This document shows positions 52,083-52,856 of a stretch of 52,856 nucleotides of DNA, piece after piece (position 1 is the first letter of the stretch; every line of letters starts with the position of its first letter). The DNA comes from Cyanobacteria bacterium J06626_4 (GTDB lineage: Bacteria; Cyanobacteriota; Cyanobacteriia; Phormidesmidales; Phormidesmidaceae). The stretch spans positions 1 through 52,856 of the forward strand of contig JBCBJQ010000032.1 in NCBI GenBank assembly GCA_038523235.1, read 5' to 3'. The notes under the pieces were generated by a model, which was given only the letters and a program-made list of their open reading frames with translations, was not told where the DNA came from and made no database searches. Both the position numbers and the translations under genes were made by a program.

Positions 52083-52179
52083 GGGCTAACTTACTAACTC
52101 CCTCAAAATGGTGGCGATCGCCCCGCTGGCGACCCAATGCAATTGCATAAAAATTCCGATTTAGCCGATTCAGATAGAC

Positions 52180-52650
52180 TTATTCAACCGCTTGGTCACT
52201 GAGTTGAACGGTTTCTACTAACGTTCTCGGCAACTTGGTGGGTTTCCCCTTCCGACTGAGATAAAGGTGATCGTCGTCGCGCTTGAGTAGCTGCCCTAGC
52301 CAAGTGTGACGGTCTTTGTAACGTTCTGAGAGCTGCACTTCTACCATGAACCCTTTGAAGACGATAAAGTCGCGATCGGACAGCAGCTCAGAGGAAACAC
52401 CAGGGCTGGAGACTTCGAGCACATAAGCATCAGGGATCAGATCGCTTTCATCTAAGACCGCTTCTAAAGCCTGACTCATCTGTTCACAGTCATTTAGGCT
52501 GGTGTCTTCTTGCTGACAGTTACGCACATCAATCCGGAGCACCGGCGGTGAATGGTTGGTCTGAAAGACTGCATCCACCACCTCTAGCCCTAGGTGCTTG
52601 GCAACGGGCGTCGCTAAGTCTAGGACTTCAGGAATGAGCGGATGAGCCAT
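52180..52650 (-). CDS. rimP: Ribosome maturation factor RimP
   Basis: MAHPLIP, LNDCEQMS and YVLEVSSPG; first gene of the nusA-infB operon. Confidence 0.95.
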   Translation of the reverse strand: MAHPLIPEVLDLATPVAKHLGLEVVDAVFQTNHSPPVLRIDVRNCQQEDTSLNDCEQMSQALEAVLDESDLIPDAYVLEVSSPGVSSELLSDRDFIVFKGFMVEVQLSERYKDRHTWLGQLLKRDDDHLYLSRKGKPTKLPRTLVETVQLSDQAVE

Positions 52651-52663
52651 GTAGCACTCCAAT

Positions 52664-52690
52664 AAAAAAAGTGGGTAACGTGCCCACTTC
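52664..52690 (-). promoter_or_regulatory. rimP leader hairpin (terminator-like attenuator)
   Basis: On the minus strand GAAGTGGGCACGTTACCCACTTTTTTT, immediately before the GGAG ribosome-binding site of rimP. Confidence 0.8.
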
Positions 52691-52856
52691 CTCAAAACAT
52701 GCAGAATTAGGCACGAGCAAATAGCCCCGCCATCTACTCGGCTAATCATATTAGCGCATATCCGCAGGGCGTTCTAAACGAGTGCAACCCAGTCTTGCAA
52801 GACTCACGACGAGAATTTGCCATTGAGATAAGCACAGCGCTGCCACAGCACCTGTG

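Overview
Cyanobacterial chromosomal segment: the HIP1 octamer GCGATCGC is very abundant and the gene content looks Leptolyngbyaceae-like. Most of it is core or housekeeping genes: a glucoside-type sugar ABC transporter lacking its binding-protein gene, a second MalK-like ATPase, a GyrA/ParC paralog, creatininase, a CorC-like transporter, an MFS transporter, a HAL2-type phosphatase, a PfkB kinase, rsmI, glmU, the cyaC hybrid adenylate cyclase, and the rimP-nusA-ylxR-infB operon. Decayed accessory DNA is interspersed: an MmeI-like restriction-modification pseudogene joined to a hybrid kinase pseudogene at a HIP1-like site, a larB/cpmA pseudogene, and several small non-autonomous repeat (MITE/REP-like) families. 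I saw no rRNA, tRNA, CRISPR array or intact transposase. The most interesting unexplained items are (1) a 371-aa repeat protein with no Lys/Arg/His/Cys/Trp, (2) a hypothetical protein with an LCIB/beta-carbonic-anhydrase-like Cys-His-Cys pattern, (3) a secreted protein that looks like a catalytically dead papain-like peptidase, and (4) a stacked MITE hotspot that also carries a second relic of the mmeI-like 5' end. I do not see a complete multi-gene novel system; these are single-locus leads. Family assignments come from motif recognition, not database searches.
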